Part shown: positions 1-9,988 of the stretch, piece after piece | How positions within the stretch are numbered: the first letter of the stretch is position 1 | Layout: each line of letters starts with the position of its first letter | Origin: an uncultured Verrucomicrobiae bacterium | GTDB taxonomy: Bacteria > Verrucomicrobiota > Verrucomicrobiia > Limisphaerales > Palsa-1400 | Assembly: GCA_963707025.1 (NCBI GenBank) | Contig: CAVPOM010000005.1 | Span: forward strand, 1-64,000 | Direction: 5' to 3' | Length of the DNA stretch: 64,000 nucleotides | Made by a program: the position numbers and the translations under genes | Notes under the pieces: generated by a model | The model's database searches: none | What the model was told of the DNA's origin: nothing | The model's input: the letters and a program-made list of their open reading frames with translations, nothing else

Positions 1-154
1 ATTGGCTTTGATGGGCGACGCTTGAGGTAATATGTAAGTGGTTCATGAAAAGACATTTCTGATTGCGAGCGGCGAAAGTGCTGAAAAGGCCCGGACTGGC
101 GCGAATTTCACGCATAATTTCGGCCGCTTTCATGGTCAAGGTTCAAAAAAAATG

Positions 155-2111
155 GTAGAGTAGGCGAAGTGGAAGGAGGCGGATTGAACTGACCGCAGTT
201 GTCAGTCTCGCGCTGCCACTTCGCCCCTCATCGAACCGAACGGACGGATTTCCCATATTCGGCTCTCCGAACTCATTCATCGGGCCGCCTTCCACTTCGC
301 CGTGGTCGGCAGTTCATAGAGTCCATAACGCTGGTGCAACTGCTCGGGAACGTAGTGTTCCCACAGGCTGCGGCGGCAACCGTGTTTGCGCCACAGCCAG
401 CGCCGAAAACGGTTTTGGCTGTAGTGTTTCATCCGGTTCATCACCGAGACGCTGTTGCCGTAGTGGAAGTAGCCCGCCCATCCGCGCAAGACTTGGTTGA
501 CCTCTTTGACCACCTCCTGTATCGGACGCCCCTGCGTCCAGTGGTTGAGGATGCCGCCCAGTTTCTCGCGCAGGGCCCCCGGCTTTTCTGGCTGGGTTGA
601 ACGTGCAGGTAGCCGCGCCCTCCAAAGGACTTGCGCCAGGTCAGGTTGAAGCCCAGGAAGTTGATCCCTTCCTTGCGAATGTTCACAATTCGGGTTTTGA
701 CTTCGTTGAGGGTCAGCCCTTTGGCTCGAAGCCATTTCTTGAGCCGCGCTATCAGCCCTCCGCCGCACCCCGCCGCGCACGCGATGACAAAGTCATCGGC
801 GTAGCGCACCATGCGGGCTTGGCCGGAGGTTTTCTCGTTCACCCCGTGATCCAGCGGGTTGAGGTAGAGGTTGGCCAGCAGCGGCGAGATGACCCCGCCT
901 TGCGGCGTGCCGCGCCGGTTGGGGATCACTCGCTTGGTGCCGTCCTGGTCTTCCTCCGCGACCGGGGCGCGCAGCCAGCTCTTGAGGAGCCGCAGCACGC
1001 TGCCGTCGCTGACCCGCCGGGCCACGGCCTTCATCAGTTCCCGGTGCGGAATCGTGTCGAAATATTTCGTCAGGTCCGCGTCGATGATTTCCACGTAGCC
1101 TTGCTGCACTGCTTGTTGGATTTCCGCAATGGCTTGGTGTGCCCGGCGTTTGGGCCGAAAGCCGTAGGAGCGCGGATGAAAGTCCGCCTCCAAGATCGGC
1201 ATCAGCACCAGATACACCGCCGTTTGCACCACCCGGTCCTTGACCGTCGGGATGCCCAACGGCCGTTCCCCTCCGCTGCTCTTGGGAATCATCACCCGCC
1301 GCACCGGGCTGGCCCGATACGTCTTGGCTTTGAGTTCTGCTTGCAGGCGGTCGAGCCATTGCTGGCGCAGGGCCGGGTCGGCGGTGATGGACTCCATACT
1401 CTGTCCGTCCACTCCCGCGGCCCCGCCGTTGCGCTGTTGCGCTGCCAAGGCGGTTTCGAGCACGTCCTTGCGCAGCAATTCCCCATACAGGCTCCAGAAC
1501 CGATACTTCGGCTCTGCTTTGGCTTTCCGATAGAGCGCGATTTGAAGCTGCCGAACTTTCTCCGGGGTTGCTATCCGGGTCGCCCCGGCCATCCCCGCAT
1601 CCTTCGCTTCGCCTCCACGCATTGAGCAAGTGTTCCCCCTTTGCGTTCGCTCGCGCAACTCCCGGCGGAAATCCGCCTGGAGCGCAAACAAGTCCACGCT
1701 ACTATGAGGAACTCCGACTTCTCCGGCAGGGCCGCTCGCCTGACTGGTCTTGCCAGCTTGCGCGGGCGGTTGGGCTGGCCGCCCGCCGCCGGAGTTCTCC
1801 CAGCTTACCTTGGTTGAACTTCCAGACGTGCCGTCCACGCCGACCCCGCCGGAGCGTTGAGAAGGCTCTGACTGTTGCCCTGCCTCCTCCCTGCGGCCTT
1901 CGCCGGTCAAACAGCGGCTCGGCTTGTCTCCGGTTCTAAACTTATCGAGGCTCATTGGATGTGGTTCATTTTCATTACGGCCCGTCTGTTCATCTCCCTC
2001 AGCTTCCAACCCCGCCTCGCGGCGGCGCTGTTGAGGTCGTGTTCCGTCGTGAACAGCCTAATTCGACGGGCGGGACTTTCACCCGCGTTCCAACCAACTT
2101 CACTGGCGCAA
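155..2111 (-). mobile_element. Group II intron (retroelement), apparently full length
   Basis: The minus strand begins TTGCGCCAGTG...GGGTGAAAGTCCCG at 2111. Domain V, GAGCCGAATATGGGAAATCCGTCCGTTCGGTTC, is at 265-233. Domain VI ends ...CCTACTCTAC at 155. There is an internal RT ORF, and EBS1/EBS2 match the 5' flank. The 5' boundary could be 2112. Confidence 0.93.
277..1592 (-). CDS. ltrA: Group II intron reverse transcriptase/maturase, no C-terminal endonuclease; one frameshift near 576-580
   Basis: Motifs GAAGVDG, RPLGIPTVKDRVVQ, SYGFRP, GTPQGGVISPLLANLYL, RYADD and INFLGF in ORF 441..2009. Maturase domain X (NQVLRGWAGYF) is in ORF 277..780. Adding one G to a G5 run joins the two frames. The start at 1592 is chosen by family resemblance. 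Confidence 0.92.
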
Positions 2112-2112
2112 C

Positions 2113-2142
2113 GTTTGACCAAGTTTGACCAGGTTTGACCAG
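2113..2142. repeat. Three tandem 10-bp units GTTTGACCA(A/G) at the intron insertion site
   Basis: gtttgaccaa gtttgaccag gtttgaccag read directly. Confidence 0.95.
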
Positions 2143-2353
2143 CGACGATTTGGAACGCGCAGTGGTTGTGAGTAAGTGGTTCATGGACAGGCACTTGGAT
2201 TGATTTGCCGCAAGAAGAGGCTGAAAGGAGTGTTGGATTGATGGAGTGGTGGGCATTGTGGTTCAAGAAATCACACGATTAGGCACGATTGTGAGGGGCG
2301 GAACCTCCGCGGTCCCGGCAGGGCCGGGATTCGACATGGAACCCCTACGGCTT

Positions 2354-2436
2354 TGGAGTGTGCCGACAGGCCGGCGCCGCTTTGCCCTTTCTAAATCGTT
2401 CCCGATGCAAAAGCGGGAGCAAGCTCCCGCGCTCCA
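2354..2436. repeat. REP-like inverted doublet (TGGAGTG...CGCTTT / AAAGCGGGAGCAAGCTCCCGCGCTCCA)
   Basis: Two short palindromes in inverted orientation with complementary TGGAG/CTCCA and GCTTT/AAAGC ends. Confidence 0.7.
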
Positions 2437-2649
2437 CAGTGCCCTCATAACTCAGGCAAGAATAGCATTTAAGTACCAGTTGTCAACGGGAAAATCAGGA
2501 TCTTTGCAAGGGCCTCATCATTAGACACTTCGAGTCTGCGCGACTTGGCGTTGAATGTCCTGCTGACGGATGCGAAGGCCCAGTATTTGTAGCCGAGGCG
2601 TAAATGGTTGACCGGGCCAGAGTACACTGCTAAACCCCAGGCCATAAAC

Positions 2650-3072
2650 ATGATGGTGCGCCATTCATTTCCCTGCATCGGATTGCTCGCATTGCTGATT
2701 CTATCTGCTGGGTGCTGGGGGGGCGAACGGATGGAGCCTCTGTCTATGTTAGCATCAGTGGGTGGTCGGCATAGTGATGTGACGGGTGGAGATGGGTCAT
2801 CATACAGTACGGCTTTTGTAGTTAACACCACCCCGGCTGAGGCTGCTGAGGCAGAGACTTTCTTGATCCGGGAGATTGAGATGCGGCCTCCCCCGGGCAG
2901 TTCAATTATTCCCGAACTCCGTGGCCGTTTGCAGCGTTCAAAGGCGTTCATCAAACGAACGACTTACGACATCGTCATATTGACGAGACCTGATGGCACG
3001 ACACGAACCTTTTATTTCGACATCTCACACCTCAGATTGCAAAGTCCAAGAACAAGCGATCTTCCCCTTTGA
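2650..3072 (+). CDS. Hypothetical lipoprotein, lower GC than the flanking genes
   Basis: Hydrophobic N-terminus with a lipobox-like LSAGC. GGDGSS...YD...G...YFDI pattern. Start uncertain. Confidence 0.6.
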   Translation: MMVRHSFPCIGLLALLILSAGCWGGERMEPLSMLASVGGRHSDVTGGDGSSYSTAFVVNTTPAEAAEAETFLIREIEMRPPPGSSIIPELRGRLQRSKAFIKRTTYDIVILTRPDGTTRTFYFDISHLRLQSPRTSDLPL

Positions 3073-3154
3073 GTGAGCGATTGAGAATCAGCGCGGGCCG
3101 AACCTTTTGAATCATTCCTAAATGCACCAGGTAAACTTCACCGCGACTGGGCAC
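3055..3154 (-). pseudogene. 5' fragment of a PemK/MazF-family toxin gene
   Basis: GTG start at 3154 preceded by AGGAGG. Translates PSRGEVYLVHLGMIQKVRPALIL, the typical MazF N-terminus, and resemblance is lost after about 33 codons. Confidence 0.7.
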
Positions 3155-3346
3155 GGCTTTCCTCCTGGTCAAACAAGGCAAAGGTTTCAGCGGCAATTGC
3201 GGTTTGGTCCTTAACTGAGAGTGGCCCATAGCCATCGGTTAAGGGGAGAATGGCGCAGAGGAAGAGCGTTCGGCGGGCGAGACGACCGCGCTCCCCAAAC
3301 ACCCACGTTTCGCCGGTTGAGTAGCAAGTGTATCATACGGTAAGAA

Positions 3347-3393
3347 GCGGTCAGCGAGGGCGCTGACCGCCACATCCCGATTCGGAATCGGGA
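3347..3393. terminator. Two perfect hairpins downstream of nnr (terminator or REP-like)
   Basis: GCGGTCAGCG-aggg-CGCTGACCGC (3347-3370), followed by TTCTT on the minus strand, and TCCCGATTC-g-GAATCGGGA (3375-3393). Confidence 0.5.
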
Positions 3394-3430
3394 CGTGTGC
3401 TCCCCGAAACGTTTCACGCCGGGAATCATT

Positions 3431-4859
3431 CTAATCGCCGGGGCGGACCGAGCCAAGGTCCTGCGCCATATCCTCGACGGTCAGGTTGCAGCGCCATGGG
3501 AGATTTTGATCGGCGCAGGCGCCGTGCTGCCAGACGGCGAAACGGATGGCGGCGAGGGGATCATTCTGGCAGGCAGGCTGGGCCAGCAGACCGGCCAAAT
3601 AGCCGGCGAGTAAATCGCCGCTGCCGCCTTGAGCGAGAAGCGGATTGCCGGAGCTGTTGATGAAGATGTGGCCGTCGGCGCGGCCAACCAGGGTGTGATG
3701 GCCTTTGAGCACAACATGGCAATGGCCGAAACGCCGCGATAATTGGCGCAAGGCCGTGACGCGGTCGGCCTGCACTTCCCTGGCCGTAACGCCCAGCAAA
3801 CGGGCCGCCTCTCCCGGATGGGGAGTGATGACGCGCACAACCTGCGCCGGGGTGGCGTCCGGTTTGAGCCAATCCAGCGCGCTGGCGTCCACCACCATCG
3901 GTCCGGGGAAAGTTTTCCAATGGAAGCGCAATTCCTTTTTGAGCGTGGCGGGGAGTTTGTCGGCGGCGAGGCCGGGGCCGAATAAAATGGCGGTGGCATT
4001 TTTTGGAGGGGCGGCCGGCCCGCCAAGGACGGACCATGGCGGCCTGGAGTTGAGTGGCCACGGGGATGTAAACGGACGGTTGCGGCTCAACCGTCACCAG
4101 GCCCGGCTGCGCCCGCAAGGCGCCGCGCGCCGCCAGCACGGCCGCGCCATGATAGCCGGCGCTGCCGGCAATGATGGCGGCATGACCAAAGGTCGCCTTG
4201 TTGCTTTCCACCGGGCGGCGCGGCGGCCAGGCGGCGAAATCTTCCGGCAAGGTCCAATTGAGTTCGCCCGCCAGCGGACACGCAATCAAGCCGATGTCCG
4301 GCGCGACTTCCAAACGGCCCACCCATTGCGGGGCCTGGAGCAGGCCGCGCTTGGGCGCGCCGACCGTGAGGGTGAGATCGGCCCGGATGGCGGCCCCTTG
4401 CACCTGGCCGTTGTCGGCGTCCAGGCCGGAGGGAACATCCACGGACAAAACCGGCAGGCCGGATTGATTGACCCTGTCAATGAGAGTTTTCCAGGGTCCG
4501 TCCAGCGGACGGTTCAAGCCAATGCCAAACAAGCCGTCAATAATCCACTTGGGCCGGGCGCGTCCGGGGGCGGACAGAATTCTGCGGGAGAATTCCCTGG
4601 CGGCGGTCCTGGGATCAACCGCCTCGACCAGCGCCACCTCGCGCCGGGACAGGTGGCGGCGGGCGGCGCGGGCGTCGTCGCCGTTGTGGCCGCGGCCGGC
4701 CAGGATGAGGAGGGTGTCGCCGGGCTGGGTGAGATCGAGGGCGCGGCGGGCGAGGAGGCGGCCGACGTTCTTAATGACAGCGGCGGGGGAGCGGCCCGCG
4801 GCCCAGTTGGCGTTCTCCCATTGGCGCATTTGGGCGACCGAAATGACCGGAACAGGCAT
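3431..4859 (-). CDS. nnr: Bifunctional NAD(P)H-hydrate epimerase/dehydratase (YjeF); frameshift near 4000-4015
   Basis: GHNGDD, IIDGLFGIG and VDVPSG in the N-terminal ORF; VVDASAL, ITPHPGEAARL, VLKG and GGSGDLLAG in the C-terminal ORF. Confidence 0.92.
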
Positions 4860-4908
4860 GAGAGAGTTTAAGGTTTAAAGATGCGCGATTGAAGCCTAAA
4901 GTGCGGGG

Positions 4909-5766
4909 ATGCTGGCAAGCGATGAAATCCTGCGGGCGGTGCGGGCGGCGCTGGCGGAGGACATTGGCTCCGGGGACGCGACCACGCTGGCGACGGTGCC
5001 GGAAGAAACCACCGTCACCGCGCTGCTGGTGGCGCGCGAGCCGTTGGTGGTGGCCGGGCTGGAGCTGGCGGCGGCGGCCTTTTTGGAATTGTGCCCGCAG
5101 GCCAGCGTGCAGCGCGCCGCCGCGGACGGCGAGCGGTTGGCGGCGGGAGGCGCGCTTTTGAAAATTGTCCAGGCCCCGGCGCGGCCGGTGCTTTCGGCGG
5201 AACGGGTGGCGCTGAATTTTGTGCAAAGGCTCTCGGGGGTGGCCACGCTGACGGCGCAGTATGTGGAGGCGGTGGCCGGGACCAAGGCGAGGATTCTGGA
5301 CACGCGCAAAACGACGCCCGGCTGGCGGCGCCTGGAAAAATACGCGGTGGAATGCGGCGGGGGCCTGAACCACCGCTTCGGCCTGTTCGACCGGATTTTG
5401 ATCAAGGACAATCATCTGGCGGCGCTGCGGCAGGAGGGGCCCGATGCCATCGCGGCAGCGGTGCGGCGGGCCCGGGCCCGTTATCCGCAACTGGCGCTGG
5501 AAGTGGAGGCGGACACGCTGGAGCAGGTGGCGCAGGCGCTGCGGGCGGGGGCGGATGTTGTTTTGCTTGACAATATGGCGGTGGAGCAGGTGCGCGCGGC
5601 CGTCCGGCTGGTCAACGGGCGGGCCAAAACCGAGGCCAGCGGCGGGGTCAATTTGGCCACGGTGCGGGCCATCGCGGAAACGGGAGTGGACTTTATCTCG
5701 GTGGGGGCGCTGACCCATTCGGCCCGGGCGGTGGACATCGGGCTGGATTTTGCCGCCAACCCCTGA
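4909..5766 (+). CDS. nadC: Nicotinate-nucleotide pyrophosphorylase (quinolinate phosphoribosyltransferase)
   Basis: ALAEDIGSGDATT, LDTRKTTPG, HRFGL, LIKDNH, LLDNM, EASGG, ISVGALTHS. Confidence 0.97.
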   Translation: MLASDEILRAVRAALAEDIGSGDATTLATVPEETTVTALLVAREPLVVAGLELAAAAFLELCPQASVQRAAADGERLAAGGALLKIVQAPARPVLSAERVALNFVQRLSGVATLTAQYVEAVAGTKARILDTRKTTPGWRRLEKYAVECGGGLNHRFGLFDRILIKDNHLAALRQEGPDAIAAAVRRARARYPQLALEVEADTLEQVAQALRAGADVVLLDNMAVEQVRAAVRLVNGRAKTEASGGVNLATVRAIAETGVDFISVGALTHSARAVDIGLDFAANP

Positions 5767-5772
5767 GGCGCG

Positions 5773-6762
5773 ATGACCGTGGACACGCATATTTTACGCG
5801 CCTTGCGCGAGCCGTCCGGCGGGTCGGTGTCCGGGGCGGACCTGTCGCGGCAACTGGGGGTGAGCCGGGCGGCGATCTGGGCGCGGATCGAGGCGCTGCG
5901 GGAATTGGGCTACGACATCGAAGCCAGCCCGCACCTGGGCTACCGGCTGGTGAGCGCGCCGGACCTGCTGCATGCCGACGACCTGCAATCCCGGCTGGGC
6001 AGGACGCGGATCATCGGGCGGGAGATCCGGGTTTTCGAGGAGACGACCTCGACCAACGACCTGATGGCGCGGCTGGCCAGCGACGGGATGGAGGAGGGGG
6101 CGGTGGTTTTTGCCGAAAGGCAAAGCCACGGGCGGGGCCGGCTGGGGCGCCGATGGATTTCGCCGGCGCGGCAGGGGCTGTGGTTTTCCATTTTGTTGCG
6201 GCCGGATCTGGCGCCGCAATCGGCCACGCAATTGACGGTGGCCGCGGCCACGGCGCTGGCGCGGGCCATCGCGCGGCAAAGCGGCCTGGTCCCGGAAATC
6301 AAATGGCCCAACGACATATTGATTCACGGGAAAAAAGTGGCCGGCATCCTGACCGAGCTGACCGCGGAATTGGATCACGTCAAGGAGGTGGTCCTGGGCA
6401 TTGGCGTGGATGTGAATCTGGAGGCGGCGGCCTGGCCGCCGGAACTGCGCAAAACGGCCACGTCGTTGAAAATCGAGTGCGGGCAGGCGGTGGACCGGGC
6501 CGAGCTGGCGGTGGCGATCTTGCGCGAACTGGATGAGGATTATGAGCGGATACGGCGGGGTCAATTTGAGCTGGTGGCTGGGGAATGGCAGCAGCGTTGC
6601 GGCACGCTGGGGCGCGAAGTGTCCATCCGCATCGGCGAGCGGGTGATCCGGGGCCGGGCCGAGGCGCTGGACGGGGAAGGAGCGTTGCTCTTGCGCACCC
6701 AGCACGGGCACCTGGAGCGGATCATCGGCGGGGACGTGACGATGGAAAAGGAGGGCGGCTGA
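5773..6762 (+). CDS. birA: Biotin-[acetyl-CoA carboxylase] ligase with N-terminal HTH
   Basis: HTH SGADLSRQLGVSRAAIW; STND, GRGRLGRRW, KWPNDI, KKVAGIL, GIGVDVN. Confidence 0.96.
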   Translation: MTVDTHILRALREPSGGSVSGADLSRQLGVSRAAIWARIEALRELGYDIEASPHLGYRLVSAPDLLHADDLQSRLGRTRIIGREIRVFEETTSTNDLMARLASDGMEEGAVVFAERQSHGRGRLGRRWISPARQGLWFSILLRPDLAPQSATQLTVAAATALARAIARQSGLVPEIKWPNDILIHGKKVAGILTELTAELDHVKEVVLGIGVDVNLEAAAWPPELRKTATSLKIECGQAVDRAELAVAILRELDEDYERIRRGQFELVAGEWQQRCGTLGREVSIRIGERVIRGRAEALDGEGALLLRTQHGHLERIIGGDVTMEKEGG

Positions 6763-6834
6763 GGAGAAGACCGAGTGAGACCTGCCTGCGCGGAGGAAGG
6801 CTGGAATTGCCATAAACCCAAGAGTGGAATTGGA

Positions 6835-6870
6835 GATTAAGATTAAGATTAAGATTAAGATGAGGATTAA
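6835..6870. repeat. Hexamer microsatellite (GATTAA)4 GATGAG GATTAA
   Basis: Read directly; intergenic. Confidence 0.9.
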
Positions 6871-6945
6871 TCAGGATTTGAGAAAGGAATGCGGGCTTGC
6901 TCCGGGCGCGGGCGAGGGATTAAGGTGGCGGGCGATTTTGCAACC

Positions 6946-8725
6946 ATGAAAAAGCCTTGTTTCTTTTTGTTGATGGCGCTGGCGGGGTGTTCCACCAGCG
7001 GGCCGGTCGCGCCAGCAGGGGCCGCGGAGAGCGGGGACGCGGCCTTCCAGCAGCTCGCCGATGAATACTTGACAGGATATCTGGCCTGGCGTCCGCTGGA
7101 GGCCATGCAACTGGGGTTCCACCAGTACCGACGGCAAGCTGACCGATTACAGCCGGGCGTCCCTTGACGGGGAATTGGCGCGGCTGAAGGAGTTTGACCG
7201 GCGGCTGGGCGGGGTGAAGGAGGCGGCGCTGAGCGCGCAGGGGTCGTTCGACTGGCGCGATTTGCGGGCGGGGGTTCGGCGGGAATTGTTCCGGTTTCAG
7301 GAGATGGGGAGTTACTCGCGCAATCCCATGACTTACGCGGGGGCGCTGGATGTCAGCCCCTACATCAAGCGGGACTTTGCCCCGCTGGAGCAGCGGGTGC
7401 GCGGGATCATCGCCATTCTCAAGCAGGCGCCGCAGGTGACGGCGGCCGGGCGGGCCAACCTGGGGGAGGCCCTGCCCAAACCGTGGGTGGAAACGGCCAT
7501 TGAAATCGGGGACGGGTCGGCGGATTTTCTGGAAAAGGACCTGGTGGAGGCGCTCAAGGAGGTGCAGGACCCGGCGCTGCGCGCCGAATTCACGGCGGCG
7601 GACCAGCGGGCGGCCTGGGAGATGCGCGAATTTGTCAAGTATTTGAAGGTGGAGAAATTGCCCAAGGCGACGGGCCGCTTCGCGCTGGGGCGGCAGAACT
7701 TCGCGAAAATGCTGCGGGACGGGGAGCTGATCACCCAGTCGCCGGAGGAGGTGTTGAAAATCGGGCTGGCGGAACTGCGGCGGGAGCAGGCGCAGTTTGC
7801 GGAGACGGCGGGCCGGATTGATCCGACGCGCCCGCCGATCGAGGTTTTCAAGGCGATCCAGCACGACCATCCGACGGCCGAAGGACTGATCCCGGACACA
7901 CGGAAGGACCTGGAAGCGATCCGGCAATTTGTAATTGACCATCACATTGTCGCGATCCCCTCGGAGGTGCGGCCGCGGGTGGAGGAAACGCTGCCCTTCG
8001 AGCGGGCGAGCAGCTTCGCCTCGATGGACAGCCCCGGCCCGTTTGAGACCAAGGCGACGGAGGCCTATTATTATGTCACACCGGTGGAGGCGGGCTGGAC
8101 GGCGCAGGAGAAGGAGGACTGGTTGTGCGCGTTTAATTATTACACGAGCGACGTGGTGTCCATTCATGAAGTGTATCCGGGGCATTATGTGCAGTTTTTG
8201 TGCATGAACGCCTCGCCGGCCACGCGGCTGGAGAAGATTCTGGGCAGCTACGCCTACATCGAAGGGTGGGCGCATTACTCGGAGCAAATGCTGATGGACG
8301 AGGGATACGGCGAGGTTGGGCCGGCGGCGGGCAACCAGCCCGTCGCGCTCAAGGCGGCCAAATACCGCCTGGCCCAATTGGACGAGGCGCTGCTGCGGCT
8401 GTGCCGGTTGTGCGCGGCGATCCAGATGCATTGCCACGGGATGATGGTGGACAAAGCGGCGCAATTTTTCCGCGACAACTGTTACTACGGAGAGAAGCCG
8501 GCGCGGGAGGAGGCCAAGCGCGGCACGTTTGATCCGGGCTACGCCAATTATACGCTGGGCAAGCTGATGATTCTGAAATTGCGCCAGGATTATCAGGCGC
8601 AGGAAGGGGCCGGCTATTCGCTGGAAAAATTCCACCATGAATTGCTCCAGCACGGGACGCCGCCGGTGCCGCTGCTGCGGGAGGTTTTGCTCAAGGACCG
8701 GACGTTGTGGGAAAAGGCGCTTTGA
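6946..8725 (+). CDS. DUF885-family lipoprotein (putative metallopeptidase); +1 frameshift at about 7128
   Basis: Lipobox LAGC; HEVYPGHYVQ, EGWAHYSE and YTLGKLMI. Removing one C gives HQYDGKLTDYSRASLDGELARL and joins ORFs 6889..7167 and 7175..8725. Confidence 0.88.
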
Positions 8726-8728
8726 GGA

Positions 8729-8759
8729 AATGCAGAATGCAAAATGCAAAATGCAGAAT
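8729..8759. repeat. Heptamer tandem repeat (AATGCAR)4
   Basis: aatgcag aatgcaa aatgcaa aatgcag aat, overlapping the start region of the next gene. Confidence 0.85.
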
Positions 8760-9689
8760 TTAGGAAGACGGCTTTGTTGCGGCGTGGTTTTGGCGGTTTG
8801 GCTGGCGCACGGGGCGGTGGCGGGCGCGCAGGTGTTCCGGGTGGCGACTTTTAATGTGGAGAATTATGTGGAGGAGCCGGGGAGCCGGCGGGCGCTCAAG
8901 CCGGAGGCGGGGCGGGCCAAGGTGTGCGAAAGCATTGTGGCCCTCAAACCGGACGTGATCGCCTTGCAGGAAATGGGGTCCACCAATGCGCTGCTGGAAT
9001 TGCAGGGGGCGCTGAAAAAAGCCGGGCTGGATCTGCCCTTCTGGGACCATCTCACCGGCTACGACACCAACATCCACCTGGCGCTGCTCAGCCGGTTTGC
9101 CATTGTGGCCCGGCATCCCCATACCAATGAAACGTATCTGCTGGGGGGACGGCGTTTTTACGTGAGCCGCGGTTTTATGGAGGCGGAAATCCGCGTCAAT
9201 ACGAATTATAAATTCACCCTGATTGCCGGGCATTTGAAATCCAAGGTGCCGTCGGAGGCGGCGGACGAGCAGGAATGGCGCGAGGAGGAGGCGGTGGTGT
9301 TGCGGCGGATCGTGGATGCGCGGCTGGCGTCGAATCCGGAGGAGCGGCTGGTGGTGCTGGGGGATTTCAACGACACGCAGGATTCCCGGACGATGAAAAG
9401 CATTCTGGGCCGCGGGAGGACGGGGTTGTTCGACACCCGGCCGGCGGAGCGGCCCCGGTCGGGCAACGGCCCGCAGGCGACGGGCGATCCGGCGCAGGCG
9501 CGCCGCACGACTTGGACGGATTTCTATGCCAAGGAGGATTCCTACAGCCGGTTTGATTACATACTCATCAGCCACGGCATGCAACGGGACTGGCGGAGCG
9601 AGGAGACTTACGTGTTGAATTTGCCCGATTGGGGAGTGGCGTCGGATCATCGTCCGCTGGTGGCCGGGTTCATGGCGCCGGAGAGGTGA
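8751..9689 (+). CDS. Secreted endonuclease/exonuclease/phosphatase (EEP) family protein
   Basis: Signal peptide; ATFNVEN, PDVIALQE, HLKSK, GDFND, FDYIL, SDHRP. Alternative start at 8730. Confidence 0.9.
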   Translation: MQNLGRRLCCGVVLAVWLAHGAVAGAQVFRVATFNVENYVEEPGSRRALKPEAGRAKVCESIVALKPDVIALQEMGSTNALLELQGALKKAGLDLPFWDHLTGYDTNIHLALLSRFAIVARHPHTNETYLLGGRRFYVSRGFMEAEIRVNTNYKFTLIAGHLKSKVPSEAADEQEWREEEAVVLRRIVDARLASNPEERLVVLGDFNDTQDSRTMKSILGRGRTGLFDTRPAERPRSGNGPQATGDPAQARRTTWTDFYAKEDSYSRFDYILISHGMQRDWRSEETYVLNLPDWGVASDHRPLVAGFMAPER

Positions 9690-9771
9690 ACGGCCACTTC
9701 GTCTGTCACATCGCCGGCATGATATCGGAGAGGAGATCTCGGTTGCGCTCCCGAGCATTGCTCCGTAACAG

Positions 9772-9864
9772 CCGTTACATCGTTACAGTTGTTGATTATC
9801 AAGGGTTTACGAAAAGTGGCCTCGTTACACCCCGTTACATTTTGTTTCATCCAACTTACCGCCC
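9772..9864 (+). repeat. 93-bp direct repeat, copy 1 (GTTACA-rich, IHF-consensus core)
   Basis: 86/93 identical to 9989-10081 by manual alignment. Confidence 0.95.
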
Positions 9865-9988
9865 ATCCTGAGATTGGTGAGGTCTTCGATGAGTTGCTCT
9901 CTGTCATTTGATACCCGGGCGGCCTGCCAGTGTGGGGGGGCGACTTGTTCGACGCGCACTCTTGCAGGCAGGGTGAAGTGCGCTACAC

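Noticed and set aside
100..2266. Protein-coding host gene interrupted by the intron
   Set aside because: After joining 2112 to 154 on the minus strand, all three frames stop within about 50 nt, and the upstream ORFs have no recognisable family. The A8 run leaves slight uncertainty.
2295..2345. tmRNA or tRNA 5' end (GGGGCGG...GGATTCGAC)
   Set aside because: The spacing does not fit, and there is no matching T-arm/CCA 3' end or tag reading frame.
2450..3250. Integron cassette with attC site
   Set aside because: No convincing RYYYAAC...GTTRRRY inverted structure and no integrase.
3405..3420. parS site (GAAACGTTTCACG)
   Set aside because: Only a half match to TGTTTCACGTGAAACA.
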